Made by a program: the position numbers and the translations under genes. DNA of 64,000 nucleotides from an uncultured Gemmatimonadales bacterium (GTDB lineage Bacteria > Gemmatimonadota > Gemmatimonadetes > Gemmatimonadales > Gemmatimonadaceae): positions 736,001-800,000 of the forward strand of contig CAWKMU010000003.1 in NCBI GenBank assembly GCA_963850905.1, given 5' to 3'. Below, piece after piece: positions 48,473 to 58,464 of this stretch (positions within the stretch are counted from its first letter, which is position 1; every line of letters starts with the position of its first letter). The notes beneath the pieces are model-generated. The model did not search any database. It saw only the letters and a list, made by a program, of their open reading frames with translations, and was not told the origin of the DNA.

Positions 48473-48853
48473 ATGACTGGCCATCCAACAGTCGAGCTCG
48501 GCAATGCGTCCGCGCAAGACCGAGAGCCGAGAGCAAGTCTTCTGCGATCCGTCGGATTCGAGCTCGTAGGGTTCGCGGCGGTCCTGGGAATCGTCGCTGC
48601 GACCGTTGGGTCGGGAGCGTTCAAGCTCGCCGCCAGGCCCATGGACCCGCCTTCCATTGTCGCACGGATCGACACGGACACGACGCACCACGCGCCTGGC
48701 GCGGCGACGCACAAGACGGCGCACGGGGGAGACGCACCCCTCTCTCCCGACTCCCTCGCGAAACGACGCGATGCGGCGGCCCACGCGCCGCAGGCTCGGG
48801 CGGACTCCGCCACGCGGCATGGTGCGCCGCCCCCCTCCGCTGTCGTCCCGTGA
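48473..48853 (+). CDS. Hypothetical single-TM protein
   Basis: One TM segment (LVGFAAVLGIVAATVG) and a low-complexity tail. Start uncertain. Confidence 0.45.
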   Translation: MTGHPTVELGNASAQDREPRASLLRSVGFELVGFAAVLGIVAATVGSGAFKLAARPMDPPSIVARIDTDTTHHAPGAATHKTAHGGDAPLSPDSLAKRRDAAAHAPQARADSATRHGAPPPSAVVP

Positions 48854-48944
48854 ACGCGGGACGTTGTTCTCCCCTGGCCCCTGACCCCGTTGTTGTCGCC
48901 CGCACGCCATTGCGCGCCATGCCGCAAACTGCTCTGTTGAAGGC

Positions 48945-50120
48945 ATGGGTGTACTGACGCGAAGCCGCAGGACCCAACCGGCTGCCTCGGCGCTCCGGCA
49001 GCGCGGCCAGTCGCGGGTGGCGCGTTGGCTCGTGTGCTCTGGTCTCGCCATCTTGGGCGTCGCGTCGATCGCCCGCGCGCAACAGGGCAGTGCCGGCGCA
49101 TCGCCCGCCCCGTCGTCTCCGGCTGACAGCGTCACGATCGCCGGCGATGTGGTGGCGGCCGTGGGTGGAGAGCCGCTGGCGTACGCGACGGTGATCGTAG
49201 AGCCGGGAAACCGCAAGCGGTTCGCCGACGCGGGCGGCGCGTTTGTCGTAGGCCCGCTAGCGCCGGGTTCCTACAGGCTGCGGGTCCGGCAGATCGGATT
49301 TGGGCCGCGCGATACTGTGCTGCTTGTGTCGCCGCGGACGCCCATCAAACGCCTGCGGATCGCCCTGGCGGTGATTGCGCTGCATCTACCGGCTGTAACA
49401 GTCGAGGGCGAGCGATCGACCAAGTGTCTGACGCCTGGGATCCCCGATTCGTCCATCGACCCGCGTCTAGCGGCGCTGTTCGGCGAGCTCGAGAAGAACG
49501 TCGACCGTTACCGTCTGTTGATTGACGAGTACCCATTCGCGTTCACACGGGAAGAATGGCAGGTGAGTCGGAACGGGGCAGGCTACGAGGAGACGGTCGC
49601 TCTCGATACGGTGCGGTACGAGGTCCAGGAGATGGAGAGTCGGCCATACAAAGTCGGGGCCGTCGTCATTCGGGAGGCGTCGCCACGGGGCGGGTCGCAG
49701 CAGTACATGCCCCTGCCGACCTTCGGCTACCTGGGCGACTCCACCTTCCAGCGGATGCACTGTTTCGAATACGTGGGGGAAGACACGACGAGCGACATCC
49801 CGACGATCCGTCTCGACTTTCGGCCGGCGGCCTCGATTCACACGCCCGATCTCGAAGGATCGGTATATCTCGATGAGGATCGCTACGTCGTGCGCCGGGC
49901 CGTTTTCCGCCTCACGGAGCCGAACCGGGTCGTGCCGCCGATCTCCGAGCTCAGTGTCACGATGACCTTCCGCGAGATCCTGCCGCTGGTCCCAGTATTC
50001 GACGAAGTGCGCTACCGCCGGCCGATCTACAAGAATGGCCAGGCCGCGGTGTTGGAAGTCGATCGGCTCCTGGAGTACCGGTTCGAGCACGGCACCCCCG
50101 GCGCCGCCTGGAAGGGATGA
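48945..50120 (+). CDS. Secreted protein with a carboxypeptidase-regulatory-like (transthyretin-fold) domain
   Basis: Signal peptide; GEPLAYATV...ADAGGAF...LAPGSYRLRVRQIGF. Confidence 0.8.
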   Translation: MGVLTRSRRTQPAASALRQRGQSRVARWLVCSGLAILGVASIARAQQGSAGASPAPSSPADSVTIAGDVVAAVGGEPLAYATVIVEPGNRKRFADAGGAFVVGPLAPGSYRLRVRQIGFGPRDTVLLVSPRTPIKRLRIALAVIALHLPAVTVEGERSTKCLTPGIPDSSIDPRLAALFGELEKNVDRYRLLIDEYPFAFTREEWQVSRNGAGYEETVALDTVRYEVQEMESRPYKVGAVVIREASPRGGSQQYMPLPTFGYLGDSTFQRMHCFEYVGEDTTSDIPTIRLDFRPAASIHTPDLEGSVYLDEDRYVVRRAVFRLTEPNRVVPPISELSVTMTFREILPLVPVFDEVRYRRPIYKNGQAAVLEVDRLLEYRFEHGTPGAAWKG

Positions 50121-50267
50121 TCTCCGCCCTCCGTCCTCCTCGCTTGGTTCTCCGACACGCGTCACGCGAGTAGGCCCAGCCGTTGCCTTGGTTCCGTCCT
50201 GCGCCGCTGTTCCCTCCCCACCTGGCAGTCGTCTCGAAATGGGGACCAACGAGCTGGAGCGTGGATC

Positions 50268-50471
50268 GTGGCGGACCAGGGCAAGGACACCGAGCCCGGC
50301 GGCTGGGAGCCGTCGGACGACGGCGAAGCGTGGCGAGTGAGCGAGACCGTCGAGCTCTGGCCGGAGGAATTGGCCGGACCCGAGTACTGGGCCTACCGCC
50401 GGCGCGAAGCCGTTGAGCGGGTGGTCAACGACCTCGTCGGTGAGCGCACCGCCCGACACCGCGGGCGCTGA
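50268..50471 (+). CDS. Small hypothetical protein
   Basis: 67-aa acidic ORF with an upstream GGAG; no recognisable motif. Confidence 0.4.
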   Translation: MADQGKDTEPGGWEPSDDGEAWRVSETVELWPEELAGPEYWAYRRREAVERVVNDLVGERTARHRGR

Positions 50472-50562
50472 GCCGAGCTACAGGTAGACCCAAAGCAAAG
50501 CGTAGTTAGGTCTGGGGTCAGGCCGGACGGAGCGCTCCACAGCACCGCCGTCCAACCGACAT

Positions 50563-50586
50563 GTAGGGGCGGCCTTCAGGCCGCCC
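50563..50586 (+). repeat. Second-family GTAG-REP
   Basis: GTAGGGGCGGCCTTCAGGCCGCCC, identical to the reverse complement of 20889-20912. Confidence 0.8.
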
Positions 50587-50777
50587 ACCTTCAGACCGCG
50601 CACCCTAGGCGACCGGCCCACCTGAGAGCCGTCGTCTCCTTTCTCCTTTCTGCTTTTCTCCTCTCTCGGGCGCTTGAGCGCCCGCCGCCCGCCCCCTGCC
50701 CTATCGAGCTCAACAATAAGAGCCCTCGGGGCAGGGAAGGGCCCCAGTCGCATTGGTCATCCGGCGGCTCGCGGCAC

Positions 50778-50850
50778 CATAACACTCTGATATATAACAC
50801 TTTATACGAACACCGACCCTTGACAAGAGTATATAACTAATTATATGTTC
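50778..50850 (+). promoter_or_regulatory. AT-rich promoter/operator region of the nuclease-VirD4 cassette
   Basis: TTGACA at 50820-50825; TATAA-N4-TTATA palindromes at 50793-50806 and 50832-50845. Confidence 0.65.
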
Positions 50851-50971
50851 TCTCCCGCACGGACGCTCTTCCCTGCCCTGTCGGTGGCCCGCGGGAGTCG
50901 CCTGACACACGCTGGCCGCTGGACGCAAACCGCCGCAGGCGAATCCGCCTGCAGCCCTGGACGGAGGCCAG

Positions 50972-51340
50972 ATGAGACACGCGGTGTACCACCTCGCCGG
51001 CGAGTCGAAACAGCCACGCGTGGGCACGGTCTACCTGCTCCACTTCAGTCGGCCGTACTACCACGCCCGCCACTACATTGGCTTCAGTCGACGGGTCGAA
51101 ATCAGGATCCGCGAGCACCGCAGCGGCTACGGCTCGCCGCTCGTGGAAGCGGTGTTCAACGCCGGGATCGAAATCTTCGTCGCGCGCACGTGGGACCACG
51201 TCACGCTCGCCTTTGAGCGCCGACTACACCAGGCAGTCCCGCACCACGGTGGCAAAAATGGCTGCCCGATCTGTCTCGGCCCCCGAGCCTTCGGACGCTG
51301 GCAGCCCCGCCGGGATGCCACAACCGGGATCGGTGTCTGA
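50972..51340 (+). CDS. Small GIY-YIG-superfamily endonuclease
   Basis: VYLLHF...HYIGFS..V..RIREH..G.GS, a conserved E (FERRL) and a terminal CPIC. Confidence 0.75.
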   Translation: MRHAVYHLAGESKQPRVGTVYLLHFSRPYYHARHYIGFSRRVEIRIREHRSGYGSPLVEAVFNAGIEIFVARTWDHVTLAFERRLHQAVPHHGGKNGCPICLGPRAFGRWQPRRDATTGIGV

Positions 51341-52935
51341 TGCTCGCCTTCCTCATGCTCCGCGCGCTCGCGCGGCCGCTCGTCTGGTTGCTGCTCCTCG
51401 CCGCGCCGGTCGTCGCTGCTGCACGACTGGTCCGCCACCTGACCCACGATCACCCGTCCGAGACGGCCGCCGTCGCACTCAACCTCGCGGTCGGCGCCAC
51501 GCTGCTGACCGCCACGACCGCGTGGCTCGCCGCGCGACTCCTCGGATCCCGACGACGCACCCCGCGGCTGCCGCCGTCCACTGCACATGGGACCGCGCAG
51601 TGGGGGAGCCCGCCCACCACGATGCGCCAGAGCGCCACCGGTCTCCTGATTGGTCGGCACGACACGGGCCTCGGTCGCCTGCTGCGATATACAGGCGACG
51701 CCCACCTGCTCACCCTCGCGCCGACCGGCGCGGGCAAAGGCGTCGGCTGCGTCATCCCCAACCTGCTCACGTACACCGGCTCCGTGCTCGTCACGGACCC
51801 CAAGGGTGAGAACTTCGCCGTCACCGCACTCCGCCGCCGAACGCTCGGCCACCGAGTCCTCGCGCTCGACCCCTACGCGCTCGTCGGCGGCACCGACTCG
51901 TTCAACCCGCTGGATGGCCTCGACCCCATCGGTCCCACCGCAGTCGACGACGCCGCGGCACTCGCGGAGCTCATCATGATCCGCGAGCCGCACGAGTCCG
52001 GCGACAGCGTGTTCTGGTCCGAGGAAGCCAAGGCCCTACTCACGGGACTCATTCTGCACGCGGCCTCGGATGCGTCGCCCAGCCGTCGCACCCTCAGCAC
52101 GGTGTGGGAGTATCTCTCGCTCCCACCGCGCGCCATGACCCAGCTCTGGACAGCCATGGGCCAGAGCACCGTGGCCTGCGGCGCCGTCGCACGAGCCGCG
52201 TCGCGCGTCCGACAAAAGGGCGACCGCGTCCGCTCGGGCATCCTGGCACAGGCCCAAAGCCAGGCTCACTTCCTCGACAGCCGCCACATCGCCCGCGCAC
52301 TCGAATGCTCGACGTTCTCGTTTCGCGACCTCACGAGGTCGCAACTCTCACTCTACCTGGTCCTTCCTCCCGACCGCATCGACTCCTGCCGACGGTGGCT
52401 CCGTCTCCTCGTGGGATGCGCCCTGCACGAGGTCATCCGCGCCGGCGCGCGACGGGTCACCCACGATGAGCGCGTGCTCTTCCTGCTGGACGAGTTTCCG
52501 ACCCTCGGGCCAATGCCACCCCTCGAACGCGCCGTCGCCCTTGCACGTGGCTACGGGGTGACCTGCTGGCTGCTCGCGCAGGACCTCTCGCAACTGCGCG
52601 CGCTGTATCCCGCGACCTGGCCCACCTTCGTCGCCAACGCCGGCGTCGTCCAGGCCTTTGGTACGAACGATCTCGAGACCGCGCGATACCTCTCGGACAT
52701 GCTCGGCCCCACCACCGTGCAGACCACGACCGCATCCCGATCACGCGCCGACTCGCACAGTGTTTTCGATCACGCGGATTGCCGCGACACCTGGAGCACC
52801 AGCGAGCGCGCCCGCGCGCTCCTCTCCCCCGACGAGATCCGACGCCTCGACCCAACGATAGCGCTGGTGCTCATGCCGGGCGCGGATCCGCTCTGTGTGA
52901 GGCGACTGAATTATTTGAAGGAGAGTTTGGTGTAG
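51340..52935 (+). CDS. virD4: Type IV coupling protein, VirD4/TraG family
   Basis: Two N-terminal TMs, HGTAQW, Walker A APTGAGKGVGCVIPNLL, DPKGEN, FNPLD, Walker B FLLDEF, QDLSQL..LY and LLSPDEIRRL. Confidence 0.92.
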   Translation: MLAFLMLRALARPLVWLLLLAAPVVAAARLVRHLTHDHPSETAAVALNLAVGATLLTATTAWLAARLLGSRRRTPRLPPSTAHGTAQWGSPPTTMRQSATGLLIGRHDTGLGRLLRYTGDAHLLTLAPTGAGKGVGCVIPNLLTYTGSVLVTDPKGENFAVTALRRRTLGHRVLALDPYALVGGTDSFNPLDGLDPIGPTAVDDAAALAELIMIREPHESGDSVFWSEEAKALLTGLILHAASDASPSRRTLSTVWEYLSLPPRAMTQLWTAMGQSTVACGAVARAASRVRQKGDRVRSGILAQAQSQAHFLDSRHIARALECSTFSFRDLTRSQLSLYLVLPPDRIDSCRRWLRLLVGCALHEVIRAGARRVTHDERVLFLLDEFPTLGPMPPLERAVALARGYGVTCWLLAQDLSQLRALYPATWPTFVANAGVVQAFGTNDLETARYLSDMLGPTTVQTTTASRSRADSHSVFDHADCRDTWSTSERARALLSPDEIRRLDPTIALVLMPGADPLCVRRLNYLKESLV

Positions 52936-52985
52936 CGACTGAATGGTGGATTGGAGATCAGGGGGACGACCACGGCGTGTGGCAA

Positions 52986-53130
52986 CGGCGGGTAGGGGCG
53001 ACGCAATGCGTCGCCCTGTGGGGCGGCGATCCGCCCCATGATTTTGTCGGCGCACCGAACACCGCCGCGCGGCACGCAATACACGGTACCGTCAACGGCG
53101 GGCGACGCATTGCGTCGCCCCTACCCGCCG
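52986..53130. repeat. REPIN/BIME-like inverted REP pair
   Basis: A 31-bp perfect inverted repeat, CGGCGGGTAGGGGCGACGCAATGCGTCGCCC, at 52986-53016 and 53100-53130. Confidence 0.88.
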
Positions 53131-53182
53131 GACCGCAAAATCTCGTCGCCTCCCGTGACTCCCGAGGCTCGCCCTCTGCCTC

Positions 53183-54112
53183 TCAACCCCCCACAGGAAA
53201 ACTATAGCGCAACTCCGCGATCCCCTTGACCGCACACCCGCCAATCGATGCCGCGCGATAGGAGGCGCCCTCCAATCGATTGACTGCCGCGCGGGCGAAC
53301 TCGCGATAGTGTGCTTCGACCAGCCGCAGGGTCCCGAGGATGGGGTGTCCCCCTTCGTCGATCACGACCTGCAGCACGACGTCTTCACCGTGGACGTTGC
53401 CTTGCACACGTGTCGCCGCAGGCGTCGCGGTCGCCTCGTCCGACGCCGGCTGCGCACTGCGCCCATCGCGCCATTGCGGGACTCTCACCGCCAGGAGCGG
53501 CGTCCAGAGCGGCACCTGCGGACGCATCGAGAGGACCGTGACGAAAAACTTCACCGGGCCACCAGGGTTCTGCGGACCCCACAATGGACCGATCAAATGC
53601 AACGAGTCGGCGCGACGCGGCGCGTCGGCCAGGGCACGATCGATCGCCGGCGAGAGCGACGCCGTGCTCACGCGCCCGACGATCGATCCGGTATCACCGA
53701 GCGTGAACTCGACTTCCGCAGCAACCGCGGGCCTGAGCCCCGGCGGCGGCACCACCAGGCCCGTGTCAGTCGCCACCCCGCGTCCGGGTGACACGAACAC
53801 CGGCAGCGCAACAGGGCGGGGCATGATGAACGCCTCGCGCAACGCGTCGAGCACGCGCTCGACGTACTGCGGTGGCAGCGGGCGCGTATGCACGGGCGCC
53901 GCAATGGTCATGTAGAGCGTGTCGGTAACCGAGTCCCGCGACGTTGGCAGCGAGTCGCACACGAGCGGTCGAAAGGCAAACGCGGCCGGTGCCGGATGCG
54001 GACTCGCCGTCGGTGCAGGCGTCGGCGTGCACGCGACGCCACCTAGGATGATCGAGATGAGCAGAACGCAGGCGGATCGCGCCGATCCACCCGATGACAA
54101 CCACATGCGCAC
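53183..54112 (-). CDS. Putative lipoprotein with TonB C-terminal-like domains
   Basis: Lipobox-like GGVAC; C-terminal VVLQVVIDEGG.P...TLR......FARAA..L....YRAASIGGCAV. Confidence 0.65.
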   Translation of the reverse strand: MRMWLSSGGSARSACVLLISIILGGVACTPTPAPTASPHPAPAAFAFRPLVCDSLPTSRDSVTDTLYMTIAAPVHTRPLPPQYVERVLDALREAFIMPRPVALPVFVSPGRGVATDTGLVVPPPGLRPAVAAEVEFTLGDTGSIVGRVSTASLSPAIDRALADAPRRADSLHLIGPLWGPQNPGGPVKFFVTVLSMRPQVPLWTPLLAVRVPQWRDGRSAQPASDEATATPAATRVQGNVHGEDVVLQVVIDEGGHPILGTLRLVEAHYREFARAAVNRLEGASYRAASIGGCAVKGIAELRYSFPVGG

Positions 54113-54445
54113 TCACGGGTGAGGGATCGCCAAGCATGATGCGGGTGGCATGAAAGCGGAAGAGACGGGCGCTTGAACACCCCGCAGTAAAGCACCGAAT
54201 GGCAAGGGCGGCCAGTTCGGCGCTGGCTCGCCGCGTACGGCTAGAGGAATCCCGCGAGCACGAGGCCGTGGGAACGCGCACGCTCGCTCACCTGACTTGC
54301 CATCCGGCACCTGTGCCAAAGACGCCCGTCACGCGCAGCCGTCCCAATTGCTTCTTCGGTCGCACCTGTCGTCCCTGACACCCGACCTTGCACTGCGGAT
54401 GCGCCAACCCTCCATCGTCTACTACTCCCGGCTCCTCTAAAACGC

Positions 54446-57400
54446 TCACTGTCCGGGTGGCCTGCCTCCGCCGGGGCCGCCACGCCCGCCGCGACCGCCT
54501 TGCTGCGGCGTGCGGATACTGTCGGGTAGCTTGGCCCATTGTTCGGGTGTCAACTCCTGTTGCGCCTCGTCGAGCGCGCGCCGCATCACATCCCGTACCA
54601 CCCCGAACTCGCGCCGCATGATGCCAAACATCGTCGTCGCATCGATGTTGGCGCCGAGTTTGTTCAGCTGCGTCCGCGCGTTCCCAGCGATCGAGTCGAC
54701 GCGCGTGTGGAAGGCCTGCGACGAGCCCTGCAGCTTCGTCAGCTGATCATTCGTCAACGCCAGCGAATCCTTCAACGCGATGATCTGATCGAACGGGTTG
54801 GGAAGCCGCGACGTGAACCGATCGACGATCTGGTCCGGGAGATCCTGGCGCCCGGTATTGGCATTGGCGCCACCCGCCCCGCCTGGTCCGCCACCACCGC
54901 CGCCACCACCCCGCCCACCACCGAAGAACCCGCGCAGCTGCTGCACAGCATCCGCCGGCCCGACGTTGAGGCGTCCACCGAGCACGAACAGGAACGGCTG
55001 ACCGTACGCCTGGAGCGCGCCCTGATGGCCGAAGTGCGTATTCACCGCGTAGGTGTATTCGTTGGTCGCCGAGTTGAACCCGGTGATCGTGAGCAGCGTG
55101 CGGTCCGGAGCGTACGGCTGCCCCCATCCCTCGAGGTGGTTCGGACCATGGAACAGCAGATCGAGACCGGCCAGCGTGTTGACCACCTGGACCTGGATCG
55201 TCAGGCGGCGATCGAGGCCCAACGCTGCTGGCCGGATGTTGACTTGCCAGTTGAGCGATTCCGACCACGGTCCGAAGCAGCTGTTTCTTGCCGCAATCTG
55301 TCCGAGCTGCGATGCCAGACAGTCGCGGCCGGGCCCGGACGCGAGCAGCGTGCGCATCGCCGCCGCGACCGCCGGATTCGTCGCCGGGCTCGACGGATCG
55401 AATACGAACGCACGGTCGTCGTTCGAGCCGTCGCCGTTGACATCACCATTCACCATCGGTGTGTACGGCGCCCCTGAGAGGAGTTGCGCCACCGCCGTGA
55501 TTTCCACCAGCGGGCTGAGTGGATACGTGACCGTTCCGACGAACTGGTGCTCGCGCTGCAGGTCACTCGTGCCGAACGGCACGACGTTGGGGTTCCCCGC
55601 CGTCGTCGGCGCCGCGAACCCGTACACGGCCGACCCGCCCGCGAAGCTCGACTGGTCCCGCACACGGGAATAGGTATACGCCAACGAGTACAGCATCCCG
55701 CGATCGGTGAACCCGTTCACGCTCGCCGTGACCTGGCGCGTATCCGACTGCAGGTTGGAGTTGAGCGACAGCACCTGCCCGTATTGGGAGTACAGCCGTG
55801 ACGCACCGAACGCCGCCCCGCCCGTCCCCGGCGCGATCTCGCCCGGGAACGCGTAGACGGGCCGGTTGCCCTCGTTCGCCAGGCGGAACTTGGGCACCGT
55901 GTCGAGATTGAGGTCGCTCACGCCAAAGAGTGCGACGCCCCGCGCATAGGTCCCGTCGACGGAGACCGTGATGCGCTGGAAAAGCCGCCGCTGCACGCCA
56001 AGCGACCCGCGCCACGCACGCGGCGCCTCGAAGTCCGGCGCAAAGGTCGTCACCGCGTTGCGCGCGCCGAGTCCCAGAGTGTCGGCAGGGAACGCCCCGC
56101 CATTGCACGTCGACGGGGCATCCGCGCCGTCATAGTAGCCACTCCAATCCGGGAGCGGGACTTGCGGTCCCACGCACACCAGCTGCGTCTCCGCAATGCC
56201 GTTTTGCGACTGCAGCGAGGAGAAGAGCGATTGCGGCGGCGGCGCCCGGAACTCGCCGAAGCCACCGCGCACGATCATGAATGCCGGCGTTCGGCCTCCG
56301 CCGCCCCCACCCCCGCCACCCCCACCACCACCTCGACCGCCACCACCGCTGCCCTGGCCGACGAACCACGTGAAGCCGACGCGCGGGCTGGCATGCAGCT
56401 CCGATGGCCAGTCGTTGGTGTTCCGATGAAACAGCGTATCGATCGCCTCGTTGTACGCGGGCGCGCCGCCATACTCGGACGCCTCGAGCCGCGCGCCGTA
56501 CGTGACCTGCAATGGCCCCGAACGCCACGCGTCGCCGAGGTAGGCCGCCGCGTTGAGCGAGCGCGCATTGGTGTTCTGGATGTTGAATTCCCGCGTGTAC
56601 GTCGCCGGCGAGTCGGCCAGGAATTGCCCGAAGGTGTTGTACGTCCAAACGCCTTCCTGATTGGGCGTGATCGTCTGGCCGAAGCGCGCGATGTTCAGGA
56701 GGCCGCCCAGCTTGATCCGATGCGACCCCTGGCCGGGAATGATCGAGAGCTCGTCCGTCGACTCGATGTAGTCGTTGAAGGTGCTCTGCGGCAACGCGGA
56801 GCTGCCGCCGAAGGTGAGCGACGACACGCCATAGCCCAGCTGGTCCGTCGCATCGCTGTCCGCGAGCTCGGGCACGATCGTCACCCGTCCGTTCGGCAGG
56901 CGCAGATACGGATCGAGGCTCGTCTGCTGGTGCGTCACGTACGTCCGCAGATCGTTGATCGTCGCATCGCCAAGATGGGACGTCAGCGCCAGCATCAACC
57001 CGCCCGCCCCCGTGGCATTCGCCGTGCCCGAGGTCGGGATGGAGAATACCGACACGCGGCTGCCGTCCTGCGCGGTCGCCCGGTAGTCACCCCGCAGCGT
57101 CAGTGTCTCGTCGTCCGAGATCAACCAGTCGAAGCGCTGGAAGGCGACGACGTTGGTCACCCCGCGAACGGCCGGTACCGAGGCAGTCGTCAGGGGCAAA
57201 CCGAGTTTGCTGACCTGGTTCACGAACGCGGCAGCCGTGTCCTGCGAGATGCCGAGGGGATTGAGTGTTGACGGTCCAGCGTTGAGCAACGAGACCAGGT
57301 TGTCGTATCGATGGTTGACCATGACCGCGGTGAATGAGAACACGCGGTCGCGCACGATCGGCCCCCCTAACCCGCCGCTGAGCTGATACTGGTTCCGCAA

Positions 57401-58231
57401 CTGGCCAAAAGTGGGCGGAACCCCGCCGGTCGCGAAAGCCAAGTTGTTGTTGCGCAGGGTGAGTCCGAACGACCCCGCGACATCGTTGGTGCCACCCCGT
57501 GTGGTCGTCGCGATCTGGCCACCGGTGAACTGGCCCCGCGACACGTCGTAGCTGTTCGTCACCACGCGGATGTTCCGCACCGCTTCCGTCGGCACCGACG
57601 CGCCGGCGAAGCTCAAGCCATCGACCGTCGTCGCGTTGAGTGTCTGCCGCTGGCCCGCGACTGAAAACGCGGTGGCACTCGTGTCCGTCGCGCCCATGCC
57701 GACGACGCCAGGGGACAGAGTGGCGAGCGTCGCGAGATCGGTCCCGTCGATCGGCAGCTTGTAGATCTGCGACGGTGTGAGCGTCATCCCGGTGCTGCCG
57801 GCGTTCGCCGGATCTGGCCCGGTAGGCCGCCGACCGGTTGTCGTCACGGTCGCGAGCGTATGGACCGCGCTCGACAGCGAAATGTTCGCGACCAGCCGAT
57901 CCTCATCGGCCTGTCGCTGGATCACCGCCTCCGACGGGCTGAATCCGATGGCCTTGATCTCCACCCGATACTCACCACCGCCATCGGGGAAAACGACCGT
58001 GTACCGGCCGTCACTGTTCGTGATACGCGACCGACTGATGTGCGTATCGATCGACGTGACGATGACCTGGGCGCCGACGATCGGCTGATTCCCCGGCGGA
58101 GGTCCACTGACTTTGCCGGTGATGATGTCGGTGGTCGATCCCACCTGGGCGCCTGCCGCCGCGGGGAGGAACACCGCAGCCACCGCGGTCGCCCATACCC
58201 CCGCCGGAATCCGAGCTCGAGTGAAGTGCAT
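54446..58231 (-). CDS. TonB-dependent-receptor-like (Oar-type) outer membrane protein with a carboxypeptidase-regulatory N-domain and a helical C-terminal extension
   Basis: Signal peptide, TNSDGRYT, plug LATLSPGV..TVDG..YDVSRGQFTGG..TTRGGTN, GGPIVRDR and GDVNGDG; Gly-rich inserts. Confidence 0.85.
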   Translation of the reverse strand: MHFTRARIPAGVWATAVAAVFLPAAAGAQVGSTTDIITGKVSGPPPGNQPIVGAQVIVTSIDTHISRSRITNSDGRYTVVFPDGGGEYRVEIKAIGFSPSEAVIQRQADEDRLVANISLSSAVHTLATVTTTGRRPTGPDPANAGSTGMTLTPSQIYKLPIDGTDLATLATLSPGVVGMGATDTSATAFSVAGQRQTLNATTVDGLSFAGASVPTEAVRNIRVVTNSYDVSRGQFTGGQIATTTRGGTNDVAGSFGLTLRNNNLAFATGGVPPTFGQLRNQYQLSGGLGGPIVRDRVFSFTAVMVNHRYDNLVSLLNAGPSTLNPLGISQDTAAAFVNQVSKLGLPLTTASVPAVRGVTNVVAFQRFDWLISDDETLTLRGDYRATAQDGSRVSVFSIPTSGTANATGAGGLMLALTSHLGDATINDLRTYVTHQQTSLDPYLRLPNGRVTIVPELADSDATDQLGYGVSSLTFGGSSALPQSTFNDYIESTDELSIIPGQGSHRIKLGGLLNIARFGQTITPNQEGVWTYNTFGQFLADSPATYTREFNIQNTNARSLNAAAYLGDAWRSGPLQVTYGARLEASEYGGAPAYNEAIDTLFHRNTNDWPSELHASPRVGFTWFVGQGSGGGGRGGGGGGGGGGGGGRTPAFMIVRGGFGEFRAPPPQSLFSSLQSQNGIAETQLVCVGPQVPLPDWSGYYDGADAPSTCNGGAFPADTLGLGARNAVTTFAPDFEAPRAWRGSLGVQRRLFQRITVSVDGTYARGVALFGVSDLNLDTVPKFRLANEGNRPVYAFPGEIAPGTGGAAFGASRLYSQYGQVLSLNSNLQSDTRQVTASVNGFTDRGMLYSLAYTYSRVRDQSSFAGGSAVYGFAAPTTAGNPNVVPFGTSDLQREHQFVGTVTYPLSPLVEITAVAQLLSGAPYTPMVNGDVNGDGSNDDRAFVFDPSSPATNPAVAAAMRTLLASGPGRDCLASQLGQIAARNSCFGPWSESLNWQVNIRPAALGLDRRLTIQVQVVNTLAGLDLLFHGPNHLEGWGQPYAPDRTLLTITGFNSATNEYTYAVNTHFGHQGALQAYGQPFLFVLGGRLNVGPADAVQQLRGFFGGGRGGGGGGGGPGGAGGANANTGRQDLPDQIVDRFTSRLPNPFDQIIALKDSLALTNDQLTKLQGSSQAFHTRVDSIAGNARTQLNKLGANIDATTMFGIMRREFGVVRDVMRRALDEAQQELTPEQWAKLPDSIRTPQQGGRGGRGGPGGGRPPGQ

Positions 58232-58269
58232 GCGGGAAGTAATACGGTTTCCCGCGGGCAGATGTTGGT

Positions 58270-58462
58270 AGGGTGATGAAGGCCGGGTGACGCGTGACGG
58301 ATGACGGGGAAAACCCGGCGAGGGACCTAACCGAAAGGCCGATCACAGCGCATCGTGATCGGCCTTGGACCGGTGGGGGCGACGCATCGCGTCGCCCGCT
58401 GTTGCCGTCGTATTTGGCGGTTGTTGTTACCCTAGACCCTAGACCCCAAACCCCAGACCCGC
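58270..58462. repeat. Composite element with a variant REP (58373)
   Basis: AAGGCCGATCAC..GTGATCGGCCTT hairpin, GGACCGGTGGGGGCGACGCATCGCGTCGCCC and CCTAGAC arm. Confidence 0.8.
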
Positions 58463-58464
58463 TC

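Noticed and set aside
47834..49216. 460-aa minus-strand ORF and other long Arg/Ala/Pro-rich overlapping ORFs
   Set aside because: Typical GC-rich shadow frames that overlap better-supported genes and repeats.
54113..54445. Riboswitch or ncRNA in the 330-nt gap between the TonB-related genes
   Set aside because: No recognisable aptamer consensus (cobalamin, TPP, c-di-GMP) by eye; an Rfam scan is still needed.
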